A stretch of 64,000 nucleotides of DNA, taken from Myxococcota bacterium. GTDB lineage: Bacteria > Myxococcota > XYA12-FULL-58-9 > JABJBS01. Below the pieces are notes generated by a model. That model saw only the letters and a list, made by a program, of their open reading frames with translations. It ran no database searches and had not been told where the DNA came from. Where the stretch lies: positions 32,001 through 96,000 of the forward strand of contig JAYZAY010000011.1 of assembly GCA_036339465.1 (NCBI GenBank), in the 5' to 3' direction. This document shows positions 42,070 to 52,481 of the stretch, piece after piece. Made by a program: the position numbers and the translations under genes. Positions within the stretch are counted from its first letter, which is position 1; each line of letters opens with the position of its first letter.

Positions 42070-43434
42070 ATGAGTGAGGTAGTGGCTCTGCAGCCGGAGC
42101 CTGGTCGAATTCCGCCACAAGATGTTGAAGCAGAGCGGTCAGTTCTGGGCGCCTTGTTACTAGATCCGGAGGCGAGTCAGGAAGTTCTAAGTCATCTCGA
42201 ACCAAGTGATTTTTATCGAAATACCCATACAGGTGTATTCGAGGCCGTCCTTAATCTCTTTGAGAGAAACGAAGCAATCGATGAGATCACGGTAGGCTCG
42301 GAATTGCAGAACATGGGAAAGCTGGATGGCCTCGGAGGTCGTAGCTTCCTAATGACCCTCACCGAGCGTGTTCCCACCGCTGCCAACGCCGTCCATTATG
42401 CAAAGATTGTTAAAAGTAAGTCCATGAGTCGACGGCTCATTCACGCCGCTACCACCATTGCGGGTTCGGGTTATGAGGGCACGAGTGATGTTGAAACCCT
42501 CCTCGATCAGGCAGAAGCCAAAATCTTCGAAATAACCAGTGCTAGGGCAAGCCAGACTTTTGCTCCATTAAGAAATATTGTTCGGGATGCACTTTCGAAA
42601 ATCGAATCTCTCTATGAACGTAAGGAAGCGATTACAGGCGTTCCAAGTGGGTTTAATCGACTTGATGAAATGACGGCGGGGTTTCAAGCAGGTGACCTCA
42701 TTATTGTTGCGGGACGCCCTTCTATGGGAAAGACTGCGTTAGCTCTAAATATGGCCCAGTTCGCTGCCCTCAAGAAAAAAATCCCTACTGCTCTTTTCTC
42801 TTTGGAGATGTCCAAAGAGTCATTGGTTATGCGGATGCTTTGTTCCGAAGGTCGAATTCGAGGGGACAGACTTCGGGGAGGAATGCTAAAGGATTCGGAT
42901 TGGGCCAAATTGGCAAAGGCCTGCGGGCATTTGGCTGAGGCTCCGATGTATATCGATGACAGCGGAGCACTCTCCATCCTGGAAATGCGGGCGAAATGCC
43001 GTCGCCTGAAAGCTGACAAGGGTTTGGGATTGATTGTGGTTGACTATCTCCAGTTAATGCACGGTCGAGGGGGGGGGCGTGAAGGGCGCGAACGCGAGAT
43101 CTCCGAGATTTCACGTGGTTTGAAGGCGCTTGGAAAAGAACTTCAAGTACCGGTTATTGCTTTGAGTCAGTTAAATCGCTCCTTGGAACAACGCCAAGAT
43201 AAACGTCCAATGTTAAGCGATTTACGTGAGTCCGGTGCCATCGAGCAAGATGCAGACCTCATCGCGTTTGTATATCGCGATGAGTATTACAATGAAGATT
43301 CACCCGACAAAGGGATTGCCGAAGTCATCATTGGCAAACAGCGAAATGGCGCCACAGGTACTCTAAAGTTACGTTTCTTCAACGAGTTTGTACGTTTTGA
43401 GAATCTGAGTAATGAGGAACCACCCAAACATTAA
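42070..43434 (+). CDS. dnaB: Replicative DNA helicase
   Basis: GRPSMGKT, VDYLQL, LSQLNR, DLRESGAIEQDAD, KQRNG; no intein. Confidence 0.98.
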   Translation: MSEVVALQPEPGRIPPQDVEAERSVLGALLLDPEASQEVLSHLEPSDFYRNTHTGVFEAVLNLFERNEAIDEITVGSELQNMGKLDGLGGRSFLMTLTERVPTAANAVHYAKIVKSKSMSRRLIHAATTIAGSGYEGTSDVETLLDQAEAKIFEITSARASQTFAPLRNIVRDALSKIESLYERKEAITGVPSGFNRLDEMTAGFQAGDLIIVAGRPSMGKTALALNMAQFAALKKKIPTALFSLEMSKESLVMRMLCSEGRIRGDRLRGGMLKDSDWAKLAKACGHLAEAPMYIDDSGALSILEMRAKCRRLKADKGLGLIVVDYLQLMHGRGGGREGREREISEISRGLKALGKELQVPVIALSQLNRSLEQRQDKRPMLSDLRESGAIEQDADLIAFVYRDEYYNEDSPDKGIAEVIIGKQRNGATGTLKLRFFNEFVRFENLSNEEPPKH

Positions 43435-43442
43435 TGGTCACT

Positions 43443-44180
43443 CTATCCTCGCGATTCCTGATAATACTTGGCGGCGTCAATGAGTGAGCCGAAGACCGCT
43501 AGGGAATGTTCTTCACCCAAAGCTTCTGGGTGCCACTGGAGACCGACGGTGAATGGTTCTTCAGTCGCCTCGATACCTTCGATAACCCCATCCGGCGCAA
43601 TACCACTGGCCATCAATCCTTGACCAACCCTTTCAACCAGTTGGTGATGGGTGCTGTTAACGCCGATAATGGATTGCCGAAAAACTCTGCGCAGGACCGA
43701 ATCTTCTTTAAGTTTCACACAATGAAAAACTTCGCTTTTCGGTGTAGGCTGCGTATGCTCAGATGTGCCCCGCCTTTCCGAGACGTCCTGATAAAGTGTA
43801 CCTCCAAATTCGATATTAATGAGTTGCATTCCACCGCAGATCCCAAGAACGGGCATTTGAACCTCGCGGGCTAACCGGAGAACAGAAAGTTCAAAATTGC
43901 TTCGTTCGGGCTTTAACTTACCCAGTTTTTGACTCCGGCTTCGTCCAAAAAACTCTGGTGGATGATCAAAATCACCGCCCGAAATGACGAGGCCATGAAT
44001 CATTTTTACGATGTTGCTTGCAAGCTCATCATGCACGTAGGGAAGTATCAGAGGGATGCCACCCCCTATTTCAACCGCCCTACAATAGTCGGAATTTAAT
44101 TGGTACGTTTGTTGATGAGAACCGCGACCATCGATATGCGAATGGTGGTCACTGGTAATGCCGATGATTGGTTGGTGCAT
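43443..44180 (-). CDS. Gamma-glutamyl-gamma-aminobutyrate hydrolase family (peptidase C26, PuuD-like)
   Basis: PIIGIT, SGG.D, GICGGMQ, NSTHHQ, QWHPE. Confidence 0.9.
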   Translation of the reverse strand: MHQPIIGITSDHHSHIDGRGSHQQTYQLNSDYCRAVEIGGGIPLILPYVHDELASNIVKMIHGLVISGGDFDHPPEFFGRSRSQKLGKLKPERSNFELSVLRLAREVQMPVLGICGGMQLINIEFGGTLYQDVSERRGTSEHTQPTPKSEVFHCVKLKEDSVLRRVFRQSIIGVNSTHHQLVERVGQGLMASGIAPDGVIEGIEATEEPFTVGLQWHPEALGEEHSLAVFGSLIDAAKYYQESRG

Positions 44181-44262
44181 GAAGCAGTTCTCCCTCTTGA
44201 CATAGAGTTGGGGCGTCGGTAAGCCCGTTGCCAGATCAATAAGTTCTAAACCCGGGGGCTCC

Positions 44263-44979
44263 ATGGCTCAACCCAAATTCAAACGCATTTTATTGAAACT
44301 TTCAGGCGAAGCTCTACAGGGGGATGAGGGCTATGGAATAAGCCCGCCTATCCTTGAATCTCTCGCGAGTCAGGTTAGGGAAGTTCATGAGCTTGGTGTG
44401 GAGCTTGCAATCGTGATCGGTGGGGGCAATATTATTAGAGGTGTCGCTGCTAGTGCTCAGGGTATGGATAGGGCCTCCGCTGATTACATGGGGATGCTCG
44501 CTACGGTTATCAATTCTATGGCCCTCCAAGATGCACTCGAGGCCCAAGGGCTTGCGACGCGGGTTCTCACGGCGATTGATATGCAGGAAATCGCAGAACC
44601 TTATATTCGGCGGCGAGCCATGCGCCACCTAGAATTATCACGGGTGGTGATCTTTGGCGCTGGTACAGGCAACCCCTATTTCACGACGGATACGGCTGCT
44701 TCTCTAAGGGCGAATGAAATTAACGCTGAAGTAATTTTGAAGGCCACCAAAGTTGACGGTGTCTATGATTCTGACCCCGTCAAGAATCCCGCTGCCACCA
44801 AGTTTGATAAATTGAGCTACCTAGATGTTTTACAGAAAAACCTAAGCGTTATGGATTCCACGGCGATTTCCCTTTGTCGCGACAACCAACTTCCGATAAT
44901 CATTTTCAATATGCAAGAAAGTGGTAACATACGTCGCGTAGTTCTTGGTGAATCCATCGGAACGATTGTTTCCGACTAA
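44263..44979 (+). CDS. pyrH: UMP kinase
   Basis: [33 protein letters not shown]. Confidence 0.98.
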   Translation: MAQPKFKRILLKLSGEALQGDEGYGISPPILESLASQVREVHELGVELAIVIGGGNIIRGVAASAQGMDRASADYMGMLATVINSMALQDALEAQGLATRVLTAIDMQEIAEPYIRRRAMRHLELSRVVIFGAGTGNPYFTTDTAASLRANEINAEVILKATKVDGVYDSDPVKNPAATKFDKLSYLDVLQKNLSVMDSTAISLCRDNQLPIIIFNMQESGNIRRVVLGESIGTIVSD

Positions 44980-45045
44980 TCTGAGTCGCTTTATCGTAGA
45001 TTTTTTAATCTTCTGACGAATAAGAATAAGGTGCGGAGCACAAAA

Positions 45046-45609
45046 ATGACCATAGAAGAAGAATGTCTGGATGAATTTAGTCTAAATATTGAGGAAACAA
45101 AGGAATCGCTCGTTACGTCACTCAAGAAACTAAGAACCGGCCGAGCCAACGTGGCTATACTGGATGGCATTCGCCTTGATTATTATGGAAGCTCCACTCA
45201 GCTTAGCCAATGTGCTCAGTTGTCAGCACCAGAACCCAGACTTCTACTGATTAAACCTTGGGAAAAGACCATCTTGGGCGACATCGAAAAGGCAATCATG
45301 ACTTCCGAGCTTGGGTTGAATCCACAAAACGACGGAGAGGTTATTCGGCTACCAATCCCTCAATTGACCGAAGAGCGCAGGAAAGACTTAGTCAAGCAAG
45401 CGAAGGCGAGAGGCGAGGAAGCTAAGATCTCCATTCGTAATCACCGCCGCTCCATCAACGACATGTTGAAAGATGCCGAAAAAGAAAAAGAGATGTCTCA
45501 GGATGACCTGAAACGCTCGATCGACAAAGTGCAGCAGGCAACGAATACTGCCGTCGAATCAATCGACCAGATTCTGAAAAAGAAAGAAGAAGAAATTTTA
45601 GCCATCTAG
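45046..45609 (+). CDS. frr: Ribosome recycling factor
   Basis: LRTGRAN, LGLNP, P.LTEERRK, IRNHRR. Confidence 0.97.
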   Translation: MTIEEECLDEFSLNIEETKESLVTSLKKLRTGRANVAILDGIRLDYYGSSTQLSQCAQLSAPEPRLLLIKPWEKTILGDIEKAIMTSELGLNPQNDGEVIRLPIPQLTEERRKDLVKQAKARGEEAKISIRNHRRSINDMLKDAEKEKEMSQDDLKRSIDKVQQATNTAVESIDQILKKKEEEILAI

Positions 45610-45624
45610 TAGGATTTCTCCCCG

Positions 45625-46407
45625 GTGATTGCAAACGACAACATAAAACCTCCAAAGCATTTGGCCATCATCATGGATGGAAATGGACGATGGGCCCAAG
45701 CCAAGGGGTTACCTCGTCTTGAAGGGCATCGCAGAGGTGCGGGTGTGGTTCGGTTGGTGACCACCGCAGCGAGGGAATGGGGTATCCGGTATCTGACTCT
45801 GTATTCCTTCTCCACCGAGAATTGGAAACGACCCGTCGGTGAAATCCGTGGTTTGATGAAACTCTTACGAGAGTTTTGTGAAAAAGAGCGTGATGAACTC
45901 ATGAAGAACGATATTCGACTTTCCCTCCTCGGGAGTCTTGATCGAGTTCCAAAACCCACGCGAAGGGCGTTTCAAGAATTGGCAGAGGTGACGGCTAATA
46001 ATAAGTCCATGACCCTCACATTGGCCATTGATTACGGAAGTCGGCAGGAGATTGTCGAGGCGACGCGAACAATAGCTAGGGACATCGAAATAGGAAGGCT
46101 GAAGAGCGGCCAGATAACCGAGAAACTTATCGCGACCTACCTCAACACAAATCAATTGCCCGACCCAGACTTATTGATACGCACCAGCGGTGAATATCGT
46201 TTGTCTAATTTTCTTTTATGGCAACTGGCCTACACTGAATTTTATTTCTCCGACGTATTTTGGCCCGATTTTGACCGTGGAGAATTTGCGAGAGCACTCA
46301 ATGTCTTTGGGCATCGTGAGCGACGTTTTGGACAAACGGCCTCTGGACAATCCGATGCTTCTTCTGAGCACACTCTCCAACTTTTACCATCCTTAGTGGT
46401 TCGGTAA
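45625..46407 (+). CDS. uppS: Undecaprenyl diphosphate synthase
   Basis: HLAIIMDGNGRWA, FSTENWKRP, IRTSGE.RLSNFLLWQ. Confidence 0.97.
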   Translation: MIANDNIKPPKHLAIIMDGNGRWAQAKGLPRLEGHRRGAGVVRLVTTAAREWGIRYLTLYSFSTENWKRPVGEIRGLMKLLREFCEKERDELMKNDIRLSLLGSLDRVPKPTRRAFQELAEVTANNKSMTLTLAIDYGSRQEIVEATRTIARDIEIGRLKSGQITEKLIATYLNTNQLPDPDLLIRTSGEYRLSNFLLWQLAYTEFYFSDVFWPDFDRGEFARALNVFGHRERRFGQTASGQSDASSEHTLQLLPSLVVR

Positions 46408-46408
46408 C

Positions 46409-47218
46409 GTGCTAAAAGAGCGTATTTTATCTGCGGCGGTGTTCGCCCCGGCCTTACTGGGTGTGCTCTGGATAGGAGGGAACGCCCTTAAGATATCAAT
46501 GTTGGTTTTGGCTCTTCTCATGTCTTGGGAGTTTTTTCGTATGTGCGGCGCTCGAATAACCGGTCCACAACGGATCCTGGGTTATTTTCTCACTTTGACA
46601 GTGGCCGGTTTTCTCTTGGGATGGAATTTTGGGGTCGCAATGATTGTACTTTTACCCCTCGCCGTATTGGGAATCATGGTGGTTGCATTATGGGGAGAAC
46701 AAAATTTTTCCGAGCGATGAATCAGTATGGGACTTTTGAGTTTAGGGGTGGGGTATGCGGGGGGGCTAATTGTGTTTCTCGCTCTTCTTAGGGATTGGCC
46801 TGAGCACGGCTTAGCATTCGGTCTTTGCGCGCTCTTTTGTACTTGGGGTGCCGATACGGGGGCCTATTTCTGTGGTCGCGCTTTTGGAAAAACAAAGCTG
46901 GCGCCGATGGTATCACCAAATAAGACCATCGAGGGAGCTATTGGCGGCGTGATAACCGCAGTATTGGTAGCATTGTTTGTCTGGAAAGCTTTTGCGCTTA
47001 CGATTCCACTCATTTGGATGGTGAGCATTGGTGTCGTTGCGGGGGTTTTGGGTGTACTGGGCGATTTGTGCGAGTCGTTACTGAAAAGGGCTACTGATAC
47101 CAAGGATAGCTCACAGCTCATACCTGGTCATGGGGGCGTTCTTGATCGCTTTGATGGTGTCATGTTTGTGGCCCCGTCCGTCTATTGTTTGCTGGTTCTA
47201 GTGGAACCGTGGTTATAG
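46409..47218 (+). pseudogene. cdsA: Phosphatidate cytidylyltransferase interrupted by an in-frame TGA (46718-46720); split gene or sequence error
   Basis: ORFs 46409-46720 and 46727-47218 are in the same frame; MLKERILSA N-terminus; DTGAY, SPNKTIEG, KDS, PGHGGVLDRFD in the second part. Confidence 0.8.
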
Positions 47219-47256
47219 AATTAGATTGACTCCTGTGAAACGGCCTTGAGGTTACT

Positions 47257-48936
47257 ATGGAAATTCTTCAGAATAGCATTTACTTTATCGTCTTTATTGG
47301 CAGCTTGGTTTTGTTTCACGAACTAGGCCATTTTCTCGTTGCTAAGGCGTGCAATGTAAAGGTTTTGAGTTTTTCTATCGGTTTTGGCCCTCAAATAATA
47401 TCTTTCAAGCATGGTGAAACCGAGTACCGCATCGGCCTTCTACCCTTAGGAGGTTATGTAAAGATGGTTGGCGAGATGCCGGGGATGGATATTGAACCGG
47501 AGGATGTCGACCGCGCACTGAACTCCAAGCCTCTTTGGCAACGTACTATGGTCGTCGCCGCTGGACCCATTGCCAACTTTCTCTTGGCTTTCGTTGTTTA
47601 TCTTTACATGTTTACGGGGCTTCAGAGCTTCAACGATACAAAACTGGGGATAGTCAATGTGGGGCAGCCCGCTTGGAATGCGGGGCTTCGTCCTGGAGAT
47701 AGACTGCTTGAGATCAATGGCCAAAAAATAGAGAAATGGTCTGAATTGGCAACTTTAATCGGTGATAGGCCCGGTGAGACAATTCGCATTGTTTATGAGA
47801 GAGATGATGAACGGTACGTGGCCGAGATTCGAACCGAAGCTAAAAATGAACTCGATATGTTTAAGGAGTCTCAGTCTAGGGGAAGGATCGGGGTTTCACT
47901 CAACTACGTTTTGCCTTGGGTCGGTGTCGTGGATCCCGATAGTCCGGCAGCCTTGGCAGGAATTCAGACTGGAGATAAGATTGTTCAAATCGGGGCTAAA
48001 AAGGTGGCGGCTTGGCATGAGATTCGACAGGCATTGCGGGCCTATCGAAGCGGCCGAGCCATCACGATTTCCCTAGAGCGTAACGGCAATCCACTTTCAG
48101 TTCAGCTAACGCCCTCTGCGACTTTTCCGGATGGTTTACTGGAATCACTGCTTTTTAGTTCGGCGGATGTCCCTGGTGGGTATACTGGCCTGGTTTCTCA
48201 AGACGTCATCGTCGATAAAGTTGAATCAGGTACGCCTGCGGCAACAGCAGGTCTCGCAGTGGGGGACCGACTTTTGGCTGTGTCTATGGAGACTGAAGGG
48301 ACAGAGCAACGAAGGACGATTGGGGTTTGGGCAATGGATCTGGCCGCCCTCCAAGGAATGGATGCTCGAAATAAATTTAAACTCGAATATCAGAGAGGGC
48401 GGGAAATCATCGAAAAAACCGTTCGGCTAGAAGCAGTAGAACACACCGATGAATTAAAGAATAAAAGCACTCAATATGTATTCGGAGCGACCAATGTTTC
48501 TGGAAGCTTAAAGGCCTATAAATTCGAAGAAGACGTGTCGATCATGGATGCTTCCATGCGTGCCACTCGGCAGGTGCAACTCGATATGACCTTGATTGCA
48601 AAGGGCATTTACAAGTTGATCGAAGGGAAGGTACCTCTGGATTCTGTGGGCGGTCCAATCATGCTTTTTGTGATTGCAGAAAAGAGCGCGAAGCGGGGTA
48701 TGGACACCTTTCTTAGGATGCTTGCGGTGATTAGTGTGAATTTGGGGCTGCTCAATCTTCTGCCCATTCCGGTACTCGATGGTGGTCACTTGTTGATGTA
48801 TGCGGTCGAATTTATTCGGCATGAACCTCCGTCCATGCGATTTCGTGAGATCAGTAACATGATTGGAATTGCAGTTCTTCTTCTTCTCATGGTGGTTGTG
48901 TTCAGCAATGATATTATTCGGTTCATTATCAATTAG
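47257..48936 (+). CDS. rseP: Site-2 intramembrane metalloprotease with multiple PDZ domains
   Basis: HELGH, LGGYV, AGP.AN, NLLPIPVLDGG; three PA..AG...GD PDZ-like repeats. Confidence 0.95.
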   Translation: MEILQNSIYFIVFIGSLVLFHELGHFLVAKACNVKVLSFSIGFGPQIISFKHGETEYRIGLLPLGGYVKMVGEMPGMDIEPEDVDRALNSKPLWQRTMVVAAGPIANFLLAFVVYLYMFTGLQSFNDTKLGIVNVGQPAWNAGLRPGDRLLEINGQKIEKWSELATLIGDRPGETIRIVYERDDERYVAEIRTEAKNELDMFKESQSRGRIGVSLNYVLPWVGVVDPDSPAALAGIQTGDKIVQIGAKKVAAWHEIRQALRAYRSGRAITISLERNGNPLSVQLTPSATFPDGLLESLLFSSADVPGGYTGLVSQDVIVDKVESGTPAATAGLAVGDRLLAVSMETEGTEQRRTIGVWAMDLAALQGMDARNKFKLEYQRGREIIEKTVRLEAVEHTDELKNKSTQYVFGATNVSGSLKAYKFEEDVSIMDASMRATRQVQLDMTLIAKGIYKLIEGKVPLDSVGGPIMLFVIAEKSAKRGMDTFLRMLAVISVNLGLLNLLPIPVLDGGHLLMYAVEFIRHEPPSMRFREISNMIGIAVLLLLMVVVFSNDIIRFIIN

Positions 48937-48951
48937 GTGTATCACCAATGA

Positions 48952-49752
48952 ATGCCCTTTCTTTTTGAGTTGCCTTGGGAATCAAGGCATTTTCAGAGGT
49001 TTCCTGTGATCAATTTGGACAAAGCACTACTAGAATTATCGAAGGATATTGGCGGACCTATTTTGGGAATCGATACCTCCACTTCTGTGGCGACTGTCTG
49101 TACTGTGGGATGGAAGGAAGATAAAGTTGAGGAGGTTGCTTTGGATTCTAAAGCCCTTCCCTCAGAAGCTCTGGCCCAGACCATTTGTGATCTTAAACGC
49201 GAGAACAATTTTGATTTGGCTGCCCTCAAAGCTCTGGTTGTAGGATTGGGGCCTGGGTCATTTACCGGGATTCGAGTTGGGCTTTCGTTGGCGAAGGGGA
49301 TTGGTTTAGCGACTGGGTGTGGGGTGGTGGGTGTGTCAAGTTTTGCTATTGCAGCTCTTTCAACGATCCAGGATGGTTATGGGTTGGTGGTGCAAAGCTC
49401 AGGAAAGAAGGCGTTTATGGTGGGGGGATATCAAGTATCATCAGGTATGGTGTGTAAAACGGTTCTCCCGGACGTGAGTATTGATTACCATCAATTGGGA
49501 GGGACCATACAGGCTTTTAGTGAAGAGATTGGAGGTGCTTCGATGCAGATTGTTTGTCCCAATCGGCCCGAAATATTGAAAGAAAGTTATGATGATTTTC
49601 AGTTTTGCGAGGCGAAAATTGGTATGCGAGAAGGTATTTATTTCGTTCGAGAGCATATTAGAGCGGCGGATTTCGCAAGTTTAGAGAGTATTGTTCCGTC
49701 TTATTTGCGATTAACCGAGGCAGAGCGCCAACTTGGTGTTGATTCGGTTTAA
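48952..49752 (+). CDS. tsaB: tRNA threonylcarbamoyladenosine biosynthesis protein TsaB
   Basis: LGIDTS, GPGSFTGIRVG, P.YLR..AE. Start uncertain. Confidence 0.88.
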   Translation: MPFLFELPWESRHFQRFPVINLDKALLELSKDIGGPILGIDTSTSVATVCTVGWKEDKVEEVALDSKALPSEALAQTICDLKRENNFDLAALKALVVGLGPGSFTGIRVGLSLAKGIGLATGCGVVGVSSFAIAALSTIQDGYGLVVQSSGKKAFMVGGYQVSSGMVCKTVLPDVSIDYHQLGGTIQAFSEEIGGASMQIVCPNRPEILKESYDDFQFCEAKIGMREGIYFVREHIRAADFASLESIVPSYLRLTEAERQLGVDSV

Positions 49753-49781
49753 GGTAACGATTCTGAAAATCTCTGGTTCCA

Positions 49782-52241
49782 CTATGGGATTTCCTCATCA
49801 TTTTCCATGTCTTCAATAAAGATGCTCTGTCGGTTTTCTGCGGGGTCGGCGATAGGTGTATCGGTAAAATACGCACTAGGAACGACATATTTTTCGACCG
49901 ATTCACCGGGGATAGTTTCAGTGGCGCCAGCGGCGGCAACCGTTGTGATCCCCTCTGGAGTTTCAAATGGATGGGCGGGGTAGTTCTTAAGGGTTTTTTC
50001 GAAAAAGTCGACCCAGATTGGCAATGCGGTCGAGCTCCCCGTAGCTCTGCCTAAGTTCATATTGTTGTCAAACCCGATCCAGACACCGGCGACGAGATTA
50101 CTACTATAGCCCACAAACCACGCATCTTTTGGCCCGTTTGTTGTTCCAGTCTTTCCAGCCAATGGGCGATTTAGCTTTTTGGCCTTTTGTGCGGTTCCGT
50201 TTTGAACAACTGATTCCAGCATATTTGTTACCATAAATGCGAGCTCGGGAGGGATTGCTAGTTGGGAGGTCATTTTGTGTTCGTATGTAATATCACCATT
50301 GTATTTGACGATTTTACGGATAAGCACGGGGGATTCATTTAAACCTCCACTCGCAAAGGTTGCATATGCATTCACAATTTCTAGGGGGCTGACTTCACCG
50401 GTTCCCAATGCAAGGGTGAGATTACTCGGTTGGGTTGAACGAATGCCCACTTTTTGAATCATTTCGAGGCTTTTTGACAAACCGACGCGCTCCAAGAGCT
50501 TTATGGCACAGGTATTCTTGGATTTAGCCAGAGCGTCTCGGTAGCTAATATTACCGTCGAATTTGCCGTCCTGATAATTTTGTGGTTTCCAGGTTTTTCC
50601 TGTCCATGGATCCCGAATGACCACGGGTGCATCTTGGCACATCGATCGTGGGCTAATGATTCGTTGGTGCAGGGCGGCTGCGTATATCATGGGTTTTAGG
50701 GCTGAACCGGGTTGTCGTTTTGCGTTGAGCGCCCGATTGAAGTCACCGGCGTGAAAATCGTAACCACCCACCACTGCTCTCACTTCTCTCCTGTGTGGAT
50801 CGATAGCGACCACTGCACCCTGTGCTTTTGGGATGGGGATGAGTTTTGCCCGGAGCGATTTTGTATCGTTGAAAGGTAAGACTTCAATTCGGACGAGATC
50901 CCCGATTTCAAGGATCCTTGAAGGAATGACGACCAAAGGAGTAGGCGTTTCTGGTGAAAATTTTCGTAGCCATGGAATGTCGGTGGTTGAGAGTAATATT
51001 TTGTGATGGCCAATACTTACGGAAAAAGATTTTGCAGCGTCATCGATCCCTATAATTGGACAGGTAATACGAAGTCCCTTCTTAAGAACTCGAATTTTAA
51101 GCGATTGGATACTCCTACTATCGACGTGTTTTGTGGTTCTCGCTATTTTAGCAAAATCAAAAACATAGTTGTCAGCCCGAGGCGAATGTGGTTCTATTTT
51201 TCTTTTTCGGAGAAACGAGTCCAAACTTTTTTGAGCCATCTGAATGACCTCATTGAAGACATCAATTTCGATGCGTCCCATGGGTCCTGGATAGCCATGC
51301 TGTTTGGCCAGTTTCTCCAGCCCGTCATCCAATGCCGTTTGAGCTGCCAGTTGAAGCGGTAGGTCGATGCTGGAGAATACCTTAAACCCATTCTCGAAAA
51401 TATTTTCCCTGTCGTATTTACTGAGTAATTGTTTGAGAATCCAATCGCTATACGTTGGGGCTTTGCCTAAGAACAGTCTCGATGAGAGGGGGGTTGGAGG
51501 AGCCTCCTTTTCTTCCTTATGGAAAAGAGCTTGATCGGCCCAACCATTCTTAACCATCTCCTTGAGAACATAAAGTTGACGGTTTTTGACGGCCTTTACG
51601 TCCTTCAATAGATTGTAGCGGTTGGGGCTTTTTGGGGCTGACGCGATAAATGCAGCTTCAGGTATTGTTAGGTTGCGGGCATGCTTGCCAAAGTAGGTTT
51701 GGGCGGCTTCTTCAATGCCATAGACGCCCGAACCAAAATAAATCTGGTTTAAGTAGATGTGGAGAATCTCATCTTTAGTGAGTCTTTGTTCGAGTTTCAA
51801 TGAGAGAAACGCCTCTTTAAGTTTTCGGGTGTACGATCTTTCATCGCCAACGAGGAGTGTCTTGACCAGCTGTTGGGTGATCGTGCTTGCACCTTGAAGA
51901 CGTGCCCCAGGCCGCAAGTTTTTGACAAATGCCCTCGTGATTCCAACTAAATCGAGGCCGGGGTGGTCATAGAAGCTTGAGTCTTCAGCGGCGAGAAAAG
52001 CGTGAATGACATATTTGGGTAAGGAATCGATTTGAACAACTGTTCGTCGTTGAGTGGCAAAGTGGGCGATCAGTTCACCATTTTTGGCAAAGACCTTCGT
52101 ACCCTGCGTGGGCTCGTAATCGTCAATTGTATCGATTTTGGGAAGTTCGTTAAATAACGAAATGAGGGCAATCAATGTTGCCGAAATGGTAAGGGTGGTG
52201 AGTACCAGGGCAACTTTTATTCTCTTTTTGAATTGGTCCAT
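49782..52241 (-). CDS. mrcA: Class A penicillin-binding protein (PBP1A)
   Basis: EDSSFYDH, GASTITQQ, RKLKE; transpeptidase SALK, SKN, KTGTT. Confidence 0.93.
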   Translation of the reverse strand: MDQFKKRIKVALVLTTLTISATLIALISLFNELPKIDTIDDYEPTQGTKVFAKNGELIAHFATQRRTVVQIDSLPKYVIHAFLAAEDSSFYDHPGLDLVGITRAFVKNLRPGARLQGASTITQQLVKTLLVGDERSYTRKLKEAFLSLKLEQRLTKDEILHIYLNQIYFGSGVYGIEEAAQTYFGKHARNLTIPEAAFIASAPKSPNRYNLLKDVKAVKNRQLYVLKEMVKNGWADQALFHKEEKEAPPTPLSSRLFLGKAPTYSDWILKQLLSKYDRENIFENGFKVFSSIDLPLQLAAQTALDDGLEKLAKQHGYPGPMGRIEIDVFNEVIQMAQKSLDSFLRKRKIEPHSPRADNYVFDFAKIARTTKHVDSRSIQSLKIRVLKKGLRITCPIIGIDDAAKSFSVSIGHHKILLSTTDIPWLRKFSPETPTPLVVIPSRILEIGDLVRIEVLPFNDTKSLRAKLIPIPKAQGAVVAIDPHRREVRAVVGGYDFHAGDFNRALNAKRQPGSALKPMIYAAALHQRIISPRSMCQDAPVVIRDPWTGKTWKPQNYQDGKFDGNISYRDALAKSKNTCAIKLLERVGLSKSLEMIQKVGIRSTQPSNLTLALGTGEVSPLEIVNAYATFASGGLNESPVLIRKIVKYNGDITYEHKMTSQLAIPPELAFMVTNMLESVVQNGTAQKAKKLNRPLAGKTGTTNGPKDAWFVGYSSNLVAGVWIGFDNNMNLGRATGSSTALPIWVDFFEKTLKNYPAHPFETPEGITTVAAAGATETIPGESVEKYVVPSAYFTDTPIADPAENRQSIFIEDMENDEEIP

Positions 52242-52481
52242 TGATGCTTTTATCCAACGAAGTGATGAAACGGGCTTGATGTTGCTGGTTGGTTACGCCA
52301 AGTTCTATACCGTTCTCTCTTGGTCGGAGGTGGTTTTGTATGGCCAAATGATGTTGGCAGGTGAAAAGTGAGTTTCATATCGCTCTCTTAGAGATCGTGA
52401 TGTTGAAGAATCATACTCTTCGGCAGTGGTGGCAATATATTGAATCATCGAATACTTGCAAAATTTAATGGTGGGAAAATT

